Shown: positions 53,520-63,007 of the stretch, piece after piece
Position numbering within the stretch: the first letter of the stretch is position 1
Layout of the letters: each line of letters begins with the position of its first letter
Assembly: GCA_964561765.1 (NCBI GenBank)
Contig: CAZLQI010000006.1
Coordinates: 3,297-67,296 of the forward strand
DNA from: an uncultured Chromatiales bacterium
GTDB taxonomy: Bacteria; Pseudomonadota; Gammaproteobacteria; DATFLL01
Direction: 5' to 3'
DNA length: 64,000 bases
The notes under the pieces: model-generated
Seen by the model: only the letters and a program-made list of their open reading frames with translations
The model's database searches: none
Told to the model about the DNA's origin: nothing
Made by a program: the position numbers and the translations under genes

Positions 53520-54443
53520 ATGAAAGCGCTGTCCATACGCAATCTGACCAAGGTGTACGCCAACGGAGTGAGTGCCCTGGAGGGTATTGATCTGGATGTG
53601 GCTCCCGGTGATTTTTTTGCCCTGCTGGGTCCCAATGGGGCCGGCAAGTCCACCGTCATCGGTATCATCAGCTCGTTGGTGAACAAGACCGGTGGTCAAG
53701 TGGCGGTGTTTGGCCACGACATTGACACGGATTTCCCGGCCGCCAAGACGTGCATCGGACTGGTGCCGCAGGAGTTCAATTTCAACACCTTCGAGCCGGT
53801 CGTGGAGATCGTGGTCAACCAGGCGGGGTATTATGGCATCGAGCGCGCTCTGGCCTATCAGCGTGCCGAGACCTACCTGCGCCAGCTCGGGCTGTGGGAA
53901 AAGCGCCGGGAGATGGCGCGTAATCTGTCCGGCGGCATGAAACGCCGGCTGATGATCGCCCGCGCCCTGGTGCATGAACCGACACTGCTAATCCTCGATG
54001 AACCGACTGCCGGGGTGGATATCGAGGTACGCCGCACGATGTGGCGTTTCTTGCGCGAGATCAATGAACGTGGCACGACCATCATTCTGACGACACACTA
54101 TCTGGAAGAGGCGGAAAGCCTGTGTCGCACCATCGGTATCATCGACCATGGTGTCCTGATAGAGAATACCACCCTGCGTGCCCTGCTTAACCAATTGCAG
54201 ACCGAAACCTTTGTCCTCGATCTGGCAAAGCCGCTGGGTGAAGTGCCGGCGATTGAGGGACATACAGTGCGCCTCGTCGATGAGTTGTCACTGGAGGTGG
54301 ACATTGACAGGGCGCAGGGCGTCAATCCGGTGTTCAGTGCGTTGACCCGCCAAGGCATCGACGTGTTGAGCATGCGTAACAAGACCAATCGTCTCGAACA
54401 GTTATTTATCGAAATCATCGACAGCGGACGTGTAGCACCATGA
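53520..54443 (+). CDS. yadG: ABC transporter ATP-binding protein (YadG-like, ABC-2 subfamily)
   Basis: GPNGAGKST Walker A, LSGGMKRRL signature, ILDEPTAGVD Walker B. Confidence 0.85.
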   Translation: MKALSIRNLTKVYANGVSALEGIDLDVAPGDFFALLGPNGAGKSTVIGIISSLVNKTGGQVAVFGHDIDTDFPAAKTCIGLVPQEFNFNTFEPVVEIVVNQAGYYGIERALAYQRAETYLRQLGLWEKRREMARNLSGGMKRRLMIARALVHEPTLLILDEPTAGVDIEVRRTMWRFLREINERGTTIILTTHYLEEAESLCRTIGIIDHGVLIENTTLRALLNQLQTETFVLDLAKPLGEVPAIEGHTVRLVDELSLEVDIDRAQGVNPVFSALTRQGIDVLSMRNKTNRLEQLFIEIIDSGRVAP

Positions 54444-55213
54444 CGCCACGGGAACAGTACATCGCCTTCAAGACCATTATCCTCAAGGAGATTCTGCGCT
54501 TTTCGCGTATCTGGGTGCAGACCATTCTGCCGCCGATGATTACCACTTCGTTGTATTTCGTGATTTTCGGTCAACTTATCGGCGCGCGGATCGGTGACAT
54601 GGATGGTTTTCGCTACATGGAATACATCGTCCCTGGCCTTATCATGATGGCGGTCATCACCAGCTCGTATTCTAATGTTGTTTCATCGTTTTACAGTGCA
54701 AAGTTTCAACACCACATCGAAGAAATGCTGGTCTCACCGACACCGAATTACCTTATCCTGCTCGGTTTTGTCGGCGGCGGCATGGCGCGCGGCATGATTG
54801 TGGGATTGGGCGTGACCGTGGTGTCGTTGTTTTTCAGCCATCTGCAGGTGCACAATGTCCTGGTGAGCATCTCGGTGGTGGTCCTAACCTCGATGTTGTT
54901 CTCACTTGCGGGTCTCATCAACGCCGTGTTCGCCAAGAATTTTGACGATATCACCATTGTGCCCACCTTCGTGCTGACGCCGCTGACCTACCTGGGCGGG
55001 GTGTTTTATTCCATAAAGATGTTGCCGATATTCTGGCAACATGCCTCGTTGGCCAACCCCATTCTCTACATGGTCAATGCCTTTCGCTACGGTTTTCTCG
55101 GTGTGAGCGATATCAGCTTATTCGCCTCCTACGGCATTATCCTGGGTTTTATCGTGGTCTTGTTTGTCGCCAGTCTGTATATGCTCCACCGTGGTTACGG
55201 TATTCGCACCTGA
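54440..55213 (+). CDS. yadH: ABC-2 type transporter permease (YadH-like)
   Basis: Six TM helices; overlaps the ATPase stop by 4 nt. Confidence 0.8.
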   Translation: MTPREQYIAFKTIILKEILRFSRIWVQTILPPMITTSLYFVIFGQLIGARIGDMDGFRYMEYIVPGLIMMAVITSSYSNVVSSFYSAKFQHHIEEMLVSPTPNYLILLGFVGGGMARGMIVGLGVTVVSLFFSHLQVHNVLVSISVVVLTSMLFSLAGLINAVFAKNFDDITIVPTFVLTPLTYLGGVFYSIKMLPIFWQHASLANPILYMVNAFRYGFLGVSDISLFASYGIILGFIVVLFVASLYMLHRGYGIRT

Positions 55214-55258
55214 GGGTGTGCCAAACGGTATAGGGTCTGCCCCCTCGCTGGGGGCGCA

Positions 55259-56602
55259 TCAGCGAGCGAGGTGTTCAAAGATGCGAAAGCCCGCTAAATA
55301 GGTGCCGACGGCCGAACCGAGGGTGCTGAACATGAACACCAGCAGTGTGCGACTGACGCGGTTGTGCCACCAGCCTGCGGGATGACGGGTGTCACTGCGC
55401 AGTCGGCTGAAGTCGCCGACACTGGGTCGGCGCAGGAAAATCTCCACGCCGGCAGTAACCATGCCCGCGCCGATCATCGGGTTGAGTGAGGTCAGCGGGG
55501 CGGCGAGAAAAGCGGTCAGTATGGTCAATGGGTGGGCACCGGCCAGCAGGGCACCGAAGGCGGCGAGTCCACCGTTGATTACCACCCACTCGAATACCAG
55601 CTTCCAGCCCAAGGCCGCACTGTGCGAAAAGCCCAGCGCGAAGCCGATGAGGATCACGACCACGATAAGCCAGGGCAGGCGCCGCGGCCAGCGGCTGGCG
55701 GACGGGACCTGTTCGAGCCGGGCCAGTTCTTCATGCAGCGCAGGGGCATCAGGCAGCGGACGGGCCTCCAGCGCGCTCTGGATACCCTTGAGATGACCCG
55801 CACCGACCACGGCCAGCAGATGGCGCCCGGTCCGGGCCGAGGTGCTGGCCGCGTGCGTATCGTCGTCCCTGGCGCTCACCGTGCTGGCAGTCGCACCGGT
55901 CTCCCCGGATTGAGTGTCGTCCAGATCCGCCAGCAGGCGCAGGGCCATGTAGCGATCACGCTCGGCAATCAGCGGCTCATAGAGTTCGCGGGCCTCGCTG
56001 GCAAACTGGGCAAAGGTCGATTCCAGCATATCGCCGTCCTTGAGGCGCTCGATCTCCTCTTCACTGACCTGCTCGCGCGAGACCACGCTGGCCAGCAGGC
56101 CGGAGAGCAGGTAGGCGCGTCGCCACCAGGGGACAGCGCGATAGATGCGCCGTAGGGTGATCCCCACATCGCGGTCAATGAGCAGTAGGCCCAGGTCGTG
56201 GGCCTCGGCGTAGGTGACGGCGGCGCGCATCTCCTCACCGGGCTGGATGCCGAACTGCTCGGCCATGCGTTGCTGATAGGCGCCCAGCGCCAGGCTGGCG
56301 GCAACCATGGCGGTCTTGCCTTCGCGCATCATGCGAAACAGATCCATACGCGCCAGCGCGTCCGGGTTGATGAGGGCGTGGTAGCGGCTCGGACACAGCT
56401 CGACGGCGACGGTGTCGTAGTCGCCAGTGGCCAGCAGTTCACGGACCTTGTCTGCGCTGGCCCGGGAGACATGGGCGGTGCCGAGCAGGGTCAAGCGGTC
56501 TGGGCCGAAGGTCAGTGAGACCATAGGTTGCGGTGTGGCAGGGGCGGTATCGGTGGCGGGAATACTGTCAGGGGCGGACATGGACAATACCTCGGGCAGC
56601 AA
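55259..56602 (-). CDS. TraB/GumN-family protein with C-terminal TM segments
   Basis: LTLLGTAHVSRASADKVRELL...DTVAVELCPSRY... matches the TraB family. Confidence 0.65.
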   Translation of the reverse strand: MLPEVLSMSAPDSIPATDTAPATPQPMVSLTFGPDRLTLLGTAHVSRASADKVRELLATGDYDTVAVELCPSRYHALINPDALARMDLFRMMREGKTAMVAASLALGAYQQRMAEQFGIQPGEEMRAAVTYAEAHDLGLLLIDRDVGITLRRIYRAVPWWRRAYLLSGLLASVVSREQVSEEEIERLKDGDMLESTFAQFASEARELYEPLIAERDRYMALRLLADLDDTQSGETGATASTVSARDDDTHAASTSARTGRHLLAVVGAGHLKGIQSALEARPLPDAPALHEELARLEQVPSASRWPRRLPWLIVVVILIGFALGFSHSAALGWKLVFEWVVINGGLAAFGALLAGAHPLTILTAFLAAPLTSLNPMIGAGMVTAGVEIFLRRPSVGDFSRLRSDTRHPAGWWHNRVSRTLLVFMFSTLGSAVGTYLAGFRIFEHLAR

Positions 56603-56933
56603 GTGAACTCAGGCGATAGGGGCTGGCGATGAATCCCGGTGTGGACCCTGGCCGTACTTTACCCTATAAGTGCCGGTATCGGCGGCGTGTCATCAACGAC
56701 ATTGTACCCCGTAATCGTTCGCGGTGTTGTCTGGGCCCGGATAGCGGGTGAAGAAGATCGGCGCGACCTTATCAGCGCCCTTGGGCCGGACGGGGTCCAT
56801 GGCGGAGTCGGGAGGCCGTAGCTATGAGTACATAGTGGCAAACGCACCATGATGCTCGACGCCCCGTAGGTTCCGTGCTACACCCAAAAGGGGTACGTAT
56901 TGTGTCCCGATTTTAACCAGAAATTAAAAGGGT

Positions 56934-57713
56934 ATGTCTATGGATGGGAGGAGACACAGGGTACAGCGCTTGATACTGATCATAGTGCTGGGTTGCCTGC
57001 CCGCGTCGGGCGTCGCGGGCGAAGAACCCCATGGTGTACGAGCCGAAGGTCTGGCCATCACCGCACTGACCGCACGGGCGAAACAGGGGGATGTCGTGGC
57101 GCAGACCCGTCTGGGCATGGCCTATCTGGCGGGGCGTGGCGTCAAACAGGATATTGGCCGGGGTATGATCTGGTTGCGCCAGGCGGCAAAATCGGGCCAT
57201 CCTTCCGCGCAATTTGTGGTGGGAGTGATGATCCTCGGGGGGCAGTTTCCCGGTGCCCATGGACCCCGCCCGGCACAGGCAGTGGGTTGGCTGACGCGGG
57301 CGGCGGACCAAGGGTGCCCCGGTGCGGCTGGGGTGCTCAGTGGTTTGTATCTGGCGGGCGCGACAGGGTTGGCGCGCAATATTGCGCTGGGCATGCAGTG
57401 GTTGCGCAAGGCCGCGCAGGGTGGGGATGTACTGTCGCAGGCGGTGCTGGGGAACAGCTATCGGGAAGGGCGCGATGGCTTGGCACGCAACCCGGTCGAG
57501 GCCTATGCGTGGTTCGATGTCGCGTTGATGGGTAAAAAGGTTTCCCCTATGTTGTTCCCGGTTGCGCGGATGCGCCAGCAATTGGCGCAGAAGATGGGTA
57601 CGACGACGCGTGCGCAGGCGCAGGCCCGGGCGAAGGACCACCGTGCCCAGTATGGTCGCCATGACACTGGTCTGTGCGGGCAGTCTATGCCGGGGGATGC
57701 CAGTCACCCCTGA
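56934..57713 (+). CDS. Secreted Sel1-repeat (TPR-like) protein
   Basis: Signal peptide; repeated AQxxLGxxYxxGxGVxxD-like units. Confidence 0.7.
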   Translation: MSMDGRRHRVQRLILIIVLGCLPASGVAGEEPHGVRAEGLAITALTARAKQGDVVAQTRLGMAYLAGRGVKQDIGRGMIWLRQAAKSGHPSAQFVVGVMILGGQFPGAHGPRPAQAVGWLTRAADQGCPGAAGVLSGLYLAGATGLARNIALGMQWLRKAAQGGDVLSQAVLGNSYREGRDGLARNPVEAYAWFDVALMGKKVSPMLFPVARMRQQLAQKMGTTTRAQAQARAKDHRAQYGRHDTGLCGQSMPGDASHP

Positions 57714-57746
57714 GTGAGGTGTTCTGCGTGGTTATCATGAACCCGT

Positions 57747-59009
57747 TTAGTGTCGCTGCGAGTCGGGTTTGCCCGTTGTCGGGGGAGGCAGACTGGTGGC
57801 GCGGTGCAGGGAATCATGTCCGAATCGTGCCCGGATGTGATCGGCGATCCGATCCAGGGCCTCCTGGCCGTGGTGTGCAGCCGCGGTGACCGGCGTGCTC
57901 GCACTCGCATCGGTATCGGCGAACAGTTCCCCCTGTCGCGAGGGGGCGAGCGGCGTGTCCTCATCGAAGCCGCTCACGCCCATACCGATGAGGCGCAGCG
58001 GCGGATGTGACGGGGGCAGCCGGGTGTCGAAGAGCCCGCGCACGGTCTGCCAGAGGGTGTCCGTGGTGTGGGTTGGGCTGGGCAGGGTGTGGCTGCGGGT
58101 CAGGGTGTGGAAGTCGGGGAAGCGGACCTTGAGATGGACCGTGCGGCCGCGTAGCCCGAGTTGACGCAGGCGCCAGGCCACCTGTTCGGTGAGCTGGAAC
58201 AGCACGGCACGCAGGGCGTCACGATCGGCGATATCGACCTCGAAGGTGGTTTCACGAGAGACCGATTTGGCCTCCGCGTTCGCGATGACGGGGCGCGGAT
58301 CGATGCCGCGGGCAAGGTCCAGAAACCGTAGACCCTGCTTGCCGAAATGATGGGTCAGGGTGGCCGGGTCCAGGCGCCGGAGCTGACCCATGCGCTGGAC
58401 GCCGAGACGTTGGAATACGCCCTGTGCCACCTTGCCCGCGCCCCAGAGGCGGCTGATGGGCAGCGGGTCGAGAAAGGAGTGCACCTGCGTCGCCATGACC
58501 TCGACAAAGCCGTCGGGTTTGTCGAGATCGGAGGCCAGTTTGGCCAGGAATTTGTTCGGTGCCACACCGACCGAGGCGATGAGGCGCAGTTCTGTGCGGA
58601 TGTCTTGCTTGATGCGCCGACCGATCACGGTGGCGGACCCGAACAGGAGATGGCTGGCGCTGACATCAAGGAAGGCCTCGTCGAGTGACAGGGGTTCGAT
58701 GATCGGTGTGTAGCGGGTGAAGATGGCCTGGATCTGCCGAGAGACCTCGGCATAGAGCGCAAGGCGCGGTGCCAGTATCACCAGTTCCGGACACAGGCGC
58801 CGGGCCGCGACCATCGGCATGGCGCTGTGGATGCCGAAGCGGCGCGCCGCATAGCTGGCGGCGGCGACGACTCCGCGGCCTTCCGGGCGCCCGCCCACCA
58901 CCACCGGTTTGTCCGCCAGCGCGGGCTGCGCGCGGATTTCCACCGAGGCGAAAAACGCATCCATATCGATATGGAGGATCATCGCTAGGAATCGGGCATC
59001 ATGGGACAA
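57747..59009 (-). CDS. dinB: DNA polymerase IV
   Basis: ILHIDMDAFFASVEIRAQPAL...PVVVGG; full Y-family architecture plus an acidic tail; alternative start at 58982. Confidence 0.85.
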   Translation of the reverse strand: MSHDARFLAMILHIDMDAFFASVEIRAQPALADKPVVVGGRPEGRGVVAAASYAARRFGIHSAMPMVAARRLCPELVILAPRLALYAEVSRQIQAIFTRYTPIIEPLSLDEAFLDVSASHLLFGSATVIGRRIKQDIRTELRLIASVGVAPNKFLAKLASDLDKPDGFVEVMATQVHSFLDPLPISRLWGAGKVAQGVFQRLGVQRMGQLRRLDPATLTHHFGKQGLRFLDLARGIDPRPVIANAEAKSVSRETTFEVDIADRDALRAVLFQLTEQVAWRLRQLGLRGRTVHLKVRFPDFHTLTRSHTLPSPTHTTDTLWQTVRGLFDTRLPPSHPPLRLIGMGVSGFDEDTPLAPSRQGELFADTDASASTPVTAAAHHGQEALDRIADHIRARFGHDSLHRATSLPPPTTGKPDSQRH

Positions 59010-59269
59010 TCACAGCGTCAGGTACGGGCCGGCAAGGCCGGGTGATGGGGAGACAGGGCAGCGTGTCGCCGTCCCTCCGGTGCAGTCTGTGAATTGTACG
59101 TCGTTGACGTGCGAAGGGGAATGCGGGCTGGCGCCAGGGTCTTGCCTCCACACCTTGCACCAACATGACGTTTCTATCTGCACCAACGCGGCTTCTGTGA
59201 GGAGTGCAGCGGCGAGTGGAACTTTGCGCCACCTCTTTGAGGCGAGCATCGAGACATTGACGCCGTGTC

Positions 59270-59710
59270 GTGGGGTGTTGCATGCTGCCTGTGTGGGCAG
59301 CATGGAGGGGGGCGATCACCGATGGAGGATTAAGGAGCGTGGGGAAAAACGAAAAGGGCGCACCCAATCAAGACAAGCGGCCGATCGCGCGAGACTATTT
59401 TCTTGAGCAGCAGTTGTGTCGAGCGATACGCGAGCGCAAGGCGGTGCGTTTCCTCTATGATAACGAGCAGACCTATCGGATACTCAATCCCTATATTGTC
59501 TACAAAGAGGCGCAAGGCCGGGTTCTGGTGGGTGGGGTGCGTGTCTATGACGAATCGGAAATCTTCAAGCCGGCGGCGCCACGCCGCTATGAGGTGGGAC
59601 GCATTGCCCGGCTGGAACTCACCGACGAGCACTTTAGCATCGATCACCGCTTCAGCTCCGATCGCGATGAATTCAGTAACGAGATGATCTGCGCCATAGA
59701 TCGGCACTGA
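59270..59710 (+). CDS. Small standalone WYL-like domain protein (likely start GTG 59339 after GGAGGA)
   Basis: KAVRFLYDNEQTYRILNPYIVYKEAQGRVLVGGVRVYDES...RRYEVGRIARLELTDEHF fits the WYL pattern (VxFxY...PY...YLVG...RxFxLxRIxxLExxxxxF). Confidence 0.5.
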   Translation: MGCCMLPVWAAWRGAITDGGLRSVGKNEKGAPNQDKRPIARDYFLEQQLCRAIRERKAVRFLYDNEQTYRILNPYIVYKEAQGRVLVGGVRVYDESEIFKPAAPRRYEVGRIARLELTDEHFSIDHRFSSDRDEFSNEMICAIDRH

Positions 59711-59889
59711 GCCGGCGCCTGTACGCACCCTGCTGACAGGGAATTAGCGCTACGATCGTGTTGACTCTCCTCACTTAAACCATCATTTGAATCCGGGATC
59801 CGCGTTAGTACGCCATGGATCGCGAAAGTCATGTGAAAACCGTCCCTGCCCAGAAGGGATCATCGCTAATGCGGTTGTGGACTCCGGGC

Positions 59890-60040
59890 CTGCACCGGAA
59901 GGTACGCCAATAACGGCAAAGTGCTGATGAGGTAATGCATTGCTAATAAATTGATGAATGCAAAGATAGCGTTGTTATTGGGGGCGTATTGAATCGAATA
60001 TTGATATCAATCGACTGATTGTCTAAAGTCGGGAGCGTGT
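59890..60040. promoter_or_regulatory. AT-rich region with perfect 12-nt palindrome ATTGATATCAAT and repeated ATTGAT half-sites; gggatt-N9-aatccc follows just inside the ORF
   Basis: Read directly. Confidence 0.35.
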
Positions 60041-60788
60041 GGCGTCGATATATGTGATGCGCGTCACGAAAATAGGGATTTTATGGAATAATCCCGTGCC
60101 AAGGATGTGCGACTGTACGGATAGAATTCAATGGGTTTGGCGACCGGCGTCACTAACCTGGATCCGGATGAGAGGACACGCTGTGACTTGTACACACGCT
60201 GAGAGCTGCGACCTTTATGTCCAGTTTGCTATGGAACCCTCGCTGAGGCTGTGGAAGCAGCACTTCTGTGAGGCCAAATTCGAACGCTGCGCCCGATTTC
60301 AAATTGCTATTTCGGGCCATGCTGTGCCCCTCGGTCTTCTGCCTAACGGCAAAGAGCTTCAGGTTGCGGGTCGTTCGCAAGATGAAATTAATGCCACTGC
60401 CCTCTTCAATGCCATTCTCAAGGGCCGTGCGGGTATGGTGAAATCCTTTATCCGCACCCGTTCCCCTTCAACACATGTGGCCAGCAGCGATGGCACCACT
60501 CCGGTGATGGTTGCCGCCAGCGTCGGGCGGGTGGAGATCATGGGCCTGTTGTTGGAGGCGGGCTGCAGCCCGCATGCAAGAAATCAGGCAAGCCAATCAG
60601 CCCTGGAAATTGCCGAAGCGGGCGGATATGCAGAGTGTGCCACACTGTTGCGTGAATACCTCGTCAAGACCCCGATGCGGGTCGAGGCGGATGTCGCCGT
60701 CTCCGCCAGCAGTCTGGACTCGACCCGCGGTGGTGGCATGGCCGACGTGTTGCGCTTTTTGCGTCACCTCAATCCTCTGTCGCACTGA
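60039..60788 (+). CDS. Ankyrin-repeat protein with Cys/His-rich N-terminal module (start uncertain: 60039, 60057 or 60165)
   Basis: N-terminus HAVTCTHAESCDLY...WKQHFCEAKFERC (C-x5-C...C-x6-C); ANK repeats (GTTPVMVAASVGRVEIMGLLLEAGCSPHARN..SALEIAEAGGYAECATLL). Confidence 0.6.
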   Translation: MASIYVMRVTKIGILWNNPVPRMCDCTDRIQWVWRPASLTWIRMRGHAVTCTHAESCDLYVQFAMEPSLRLWKQHFCEAKFERCARFQIAISGHAVPLGLLPNGKELQVAGRSQDEINATALFNAILKGRAGMVKSFIRTRSPSTHVASSDGTTPVMVAASVGRVEIMGLLLEAGCSPHARNQASQSALEIAEAGGYAECATLLREYLVKTPMRVEADVAVSASSLDSTRGGGMADVLRFLRHLNPLSH

Positions 60789-60852
60789 GTGGGGTGCGAT
60801 GTGTTTATCTGTGACACACACAGAACCCGAGTCATTGTGAGGTACGATTGAG

Positions 60853-61470
60853 ATGGAATTGGTGAGTGCATATTGGCCCTGGTGGATCGGTGCCCTGGCA
60901 CTGGGTGGCATCACCATCGGATTTACCCTCAGCATTGGCCGCCCTCTGGGTGTCTCAGGCAGTTGGGCCAAGGTCGTTGGCTGGCGTGAGGAGCGCAAGC
61001 TGGGCAAGGCTGCAGAGGGTTTGCAGCCAGGTTCGCAGATGGCCCACGATGCCTTTCTCGAAGCCACCCTGGCCGAGTTTGGTGAAGGCGCTGATAACGC
61101 TGGCACCGCTGCACAGACACCTGCCCGGAACACGACAGCGCTCAACATCCCCTGGACGGTGCATCTCGTGTTCCTGTTCTGCACGTTTCTGGGTGCCTTT
61201 TTGGCCACCTATTATGTGGGCAACTTCCATGTGCATTTCGAGCTCAGCGCGCTTTTCACTCGCTTTGCCGGTGGCCAATGGCAGAGTTTGGTGGCCTTGT
61301 TGCTCGGTGGCATGATGGTCGGTTTTGGTACGCAGATGGCGGGGGGATGCACCTCCGGGCATGGCCTGAGTGGGTGTTCGCGCTTGGTGCCGGCCAGTTT
61401 GTTGGCTACCCTCAGTTTCTTTGGTATGGCCGTTGCCGTGTCATTCTTTGTGGAGGTGCTGGCGAGATGA
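60853..61470 (+). CDS. YeeE/YedE-family sulfur-transport membrane protein, N-terminal half
   Basis: FGTQMAGGCTSGHGLSG motif; TM-rich. Confidence 0.75.
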   Translation: MELVSAYWPWWIGALALGGITIGFTLSIGRPLGVSGSWAKVVGWREERKLGKAAEGLQPGSQMAHDAFLEATLAEFGEGADNAGTAAQTPARNTTALNIPWTVHLVFLFCTFLGAFLATYYVGNFHVHFELSALFTRFAGGQWQSLVALLLGGMMVGFGTQMAGGCTSGHGLSGCSRLVPASLLATLSFFGMAVAVSFFVEVLAR

Positions 61471-61892
61471 AGAGCAACGTGCTGAGATTCTATCTGCTCT
61501 ACGGCCTGTTCGGTCTGCTCATGGGCGCGACCCTTGCACGCACCGGTTTTGGTAGCTATGACCAGGTCCACCGCATGTTTATCTTCACCAATCTGCGACT
61601 GCTCTACACGTTCGGCGGTGCAGTGTTATTTGCCGGCGCAGCGTTTGCCGTGTTGCGCAAACACCTGCCCCACCAGAACAAGATACTGCAGCCGGGCACA
61701 GTGCCTGGCAGCATGTTGTTTGGCGCCGGCTGGGCTATTTGCGGGGCCTGTCCCAGCATCGTCTTCGTACAACTCGGCCAGGGCCGCCTGCCTGCGGTGA
61801 TGACGCTGTTCGGTATCGTTCTCGGTATCATTTTGCATAAGTGGGCGCATGCGCGGTTTTTCCACTGGGATACTGGTACCTGCGGTGTCTAG
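61467..61892 (+). CDS. YeeE/YedE-family membrane protein, C-terminal half
   Basis: GAGWAICGACPS motif; overlaps the previous gene by ATGA. Confidence 0.75.
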   Translation: MKSNVLRFYLLYGLFGLLMGATLARTGFGSYDQVHRMFIFTNLRLLYTFGGAVLFAGAAFAVLRKHLPHQNKILQPGTVPGSMLFGAGWAICGACPSIVFVQLGQGRLPAVMTLFGIVLGIILHKWAHARFFHWDTGTCGV

Positions 61893-61928
61893 GATGATGG
61901 GCCGCTGTATGCTTTAGACTCCGGGTGA

Positions 61929-61954
61929 CTGTTTCGCGGTCACCCGTTGCGATT
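61929..61954. terminator. 7-bp GC-rich hairpin (gggtgac/gtcaccc) between convergent yeeE-like and prk genes; T-run follows on the plus strand
   Basis: cgggtgac tgtttcgcg gtcacccg then ...ttttttg at 61972-61980. Confidence 0.35.
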
Positions 61955-61958
61955 CGCA

Positions 61959-62852
61959 CTATTTTGTCCGGTGTTTTTTGTCCAGCATCTCCTCGATGAG
62001 GGGACCGAGAATGATCTCCATGGCGAACCCCATCTTGCCACCGGGTACCACCAGGATGTTGGGGCGCGACATGAACGAGTCCTGGATCATGCTTTGCATA
62101 TAGGGGAAATCGACGCCCTTGGGGTCGCGGAAGCGGATGACCACAAAACTTTCGTCCGGCGTGGGGATGTCGCGGGCGATGAACGGGTTGGAGGTGTCGA
62201 CGGTGGGTACGCGCTGGAAGTTGATGTCGGCGAGAGAGAACTGCGGGGTGATGTAGTTCACATAGTCAGGCATGCGGCGCAGGATGGTATCGACGGTGGC
62301 CGCGGCGGAGTAGCCGCGTTCGGAGGCATCGCGGTGGATCTTCTGGATCCATTCGAGATTGACAATCGGTACGACACCGACGAGTAGGTCAGTGTGTCTG
62401 GCCGCGTTCACCTTGCCATCGACTACACCACCATGCAGACCTTCATAAAAGAGCAGATCAGTGTCTTTGGGAATGTCTTCCCAGGGTGTGAATTCGCCGG
62501 GTGCGAGGGTGGTACCCAGACGGGCATTATGTTCATCGGCCTCTTCTTCGCTGTGCAGATAATAGCGACGTTGACACAGACCGTTCTTGCCATAGGCCTT
62601 GAAGGTCTCTTCGAGGGCCTCGAACAGATTGGCCTCGGGACCGAAGTGGCTGTAAAAATTATTGCCTGCGTCAGAGGCCTTTTTCATCGCTGCCTTCATC
62701 TCGACGCGATTGTAGCGATGGTAGCTGTCACCCTCGATGATGGCAGGGGTGATGCCCTCGCGGCGAAAGATGTGTTCGAAGGCGCGCTTGACCGTTGTGG
62801 TACCGGCCCCGGAGGAACCGGTGACGACGACGATAGGATATCTTTTTGACAT
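61959..62852 (-). CDS. prk: Phosphoribulokinase (Calvin cycle)
   Basis: MSKRYPIVVVTGSSGAGTTTV...; 297 aa; classic bacterial PRK. Confidence 0.9.
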   Translation of the reverse strand: MSKRYPIVVVTGSSGAGTTTVKRAFEHIFRREGITPAIIEGDSYHRYNRVEMKAAMKKASDAGNNFYSHFGPEANLFEALEETFKAYGKNGLCQRRYYLHSEEEADEHNARLGTTLAPGEFTPWEDIPKDTDLLFYEGLHGGVVDGKVNAARHTDLLVGVVPIVNLEWIQKIHRDASERGYSAAATVDTILRRMPDYVNYITPQFSLADINFQRVPTVDTSNPFIARDIPTPDESFVVIRFRDPKGVDFPYMQSMIQDSFMSRPNILVVPGGKMGFAMEIILGPLIEEMLDKKHRTK

Positions 62853-63007
62853 GTGTGCTCCTTACATCAACAAGGCAAGAAAGGCGTTCTGATTCATGAG
62901 GTTAAGAAATTTTGTGAGGCTATTTTAGCCGAAACTGTTCTTGCAAGTCTCTATAAGAAAGAGAGCAAGGGAGGTATATGTATCTAACGCCATGTTTCTT
63001 AAGAAGA

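Noticed and set aside
59010-59345. LexA/SOS box upstream of dinB
   Set aside because: Only CTGTgaattgtaCGTC was found; the second half-site does not match ACAG.
62996-63005. TTCTTAAGAA palindrome between purD and prk
   Set aside because: Only 10 nt with no loop; too short to interpret and it begins 3 nt after the purD stop.
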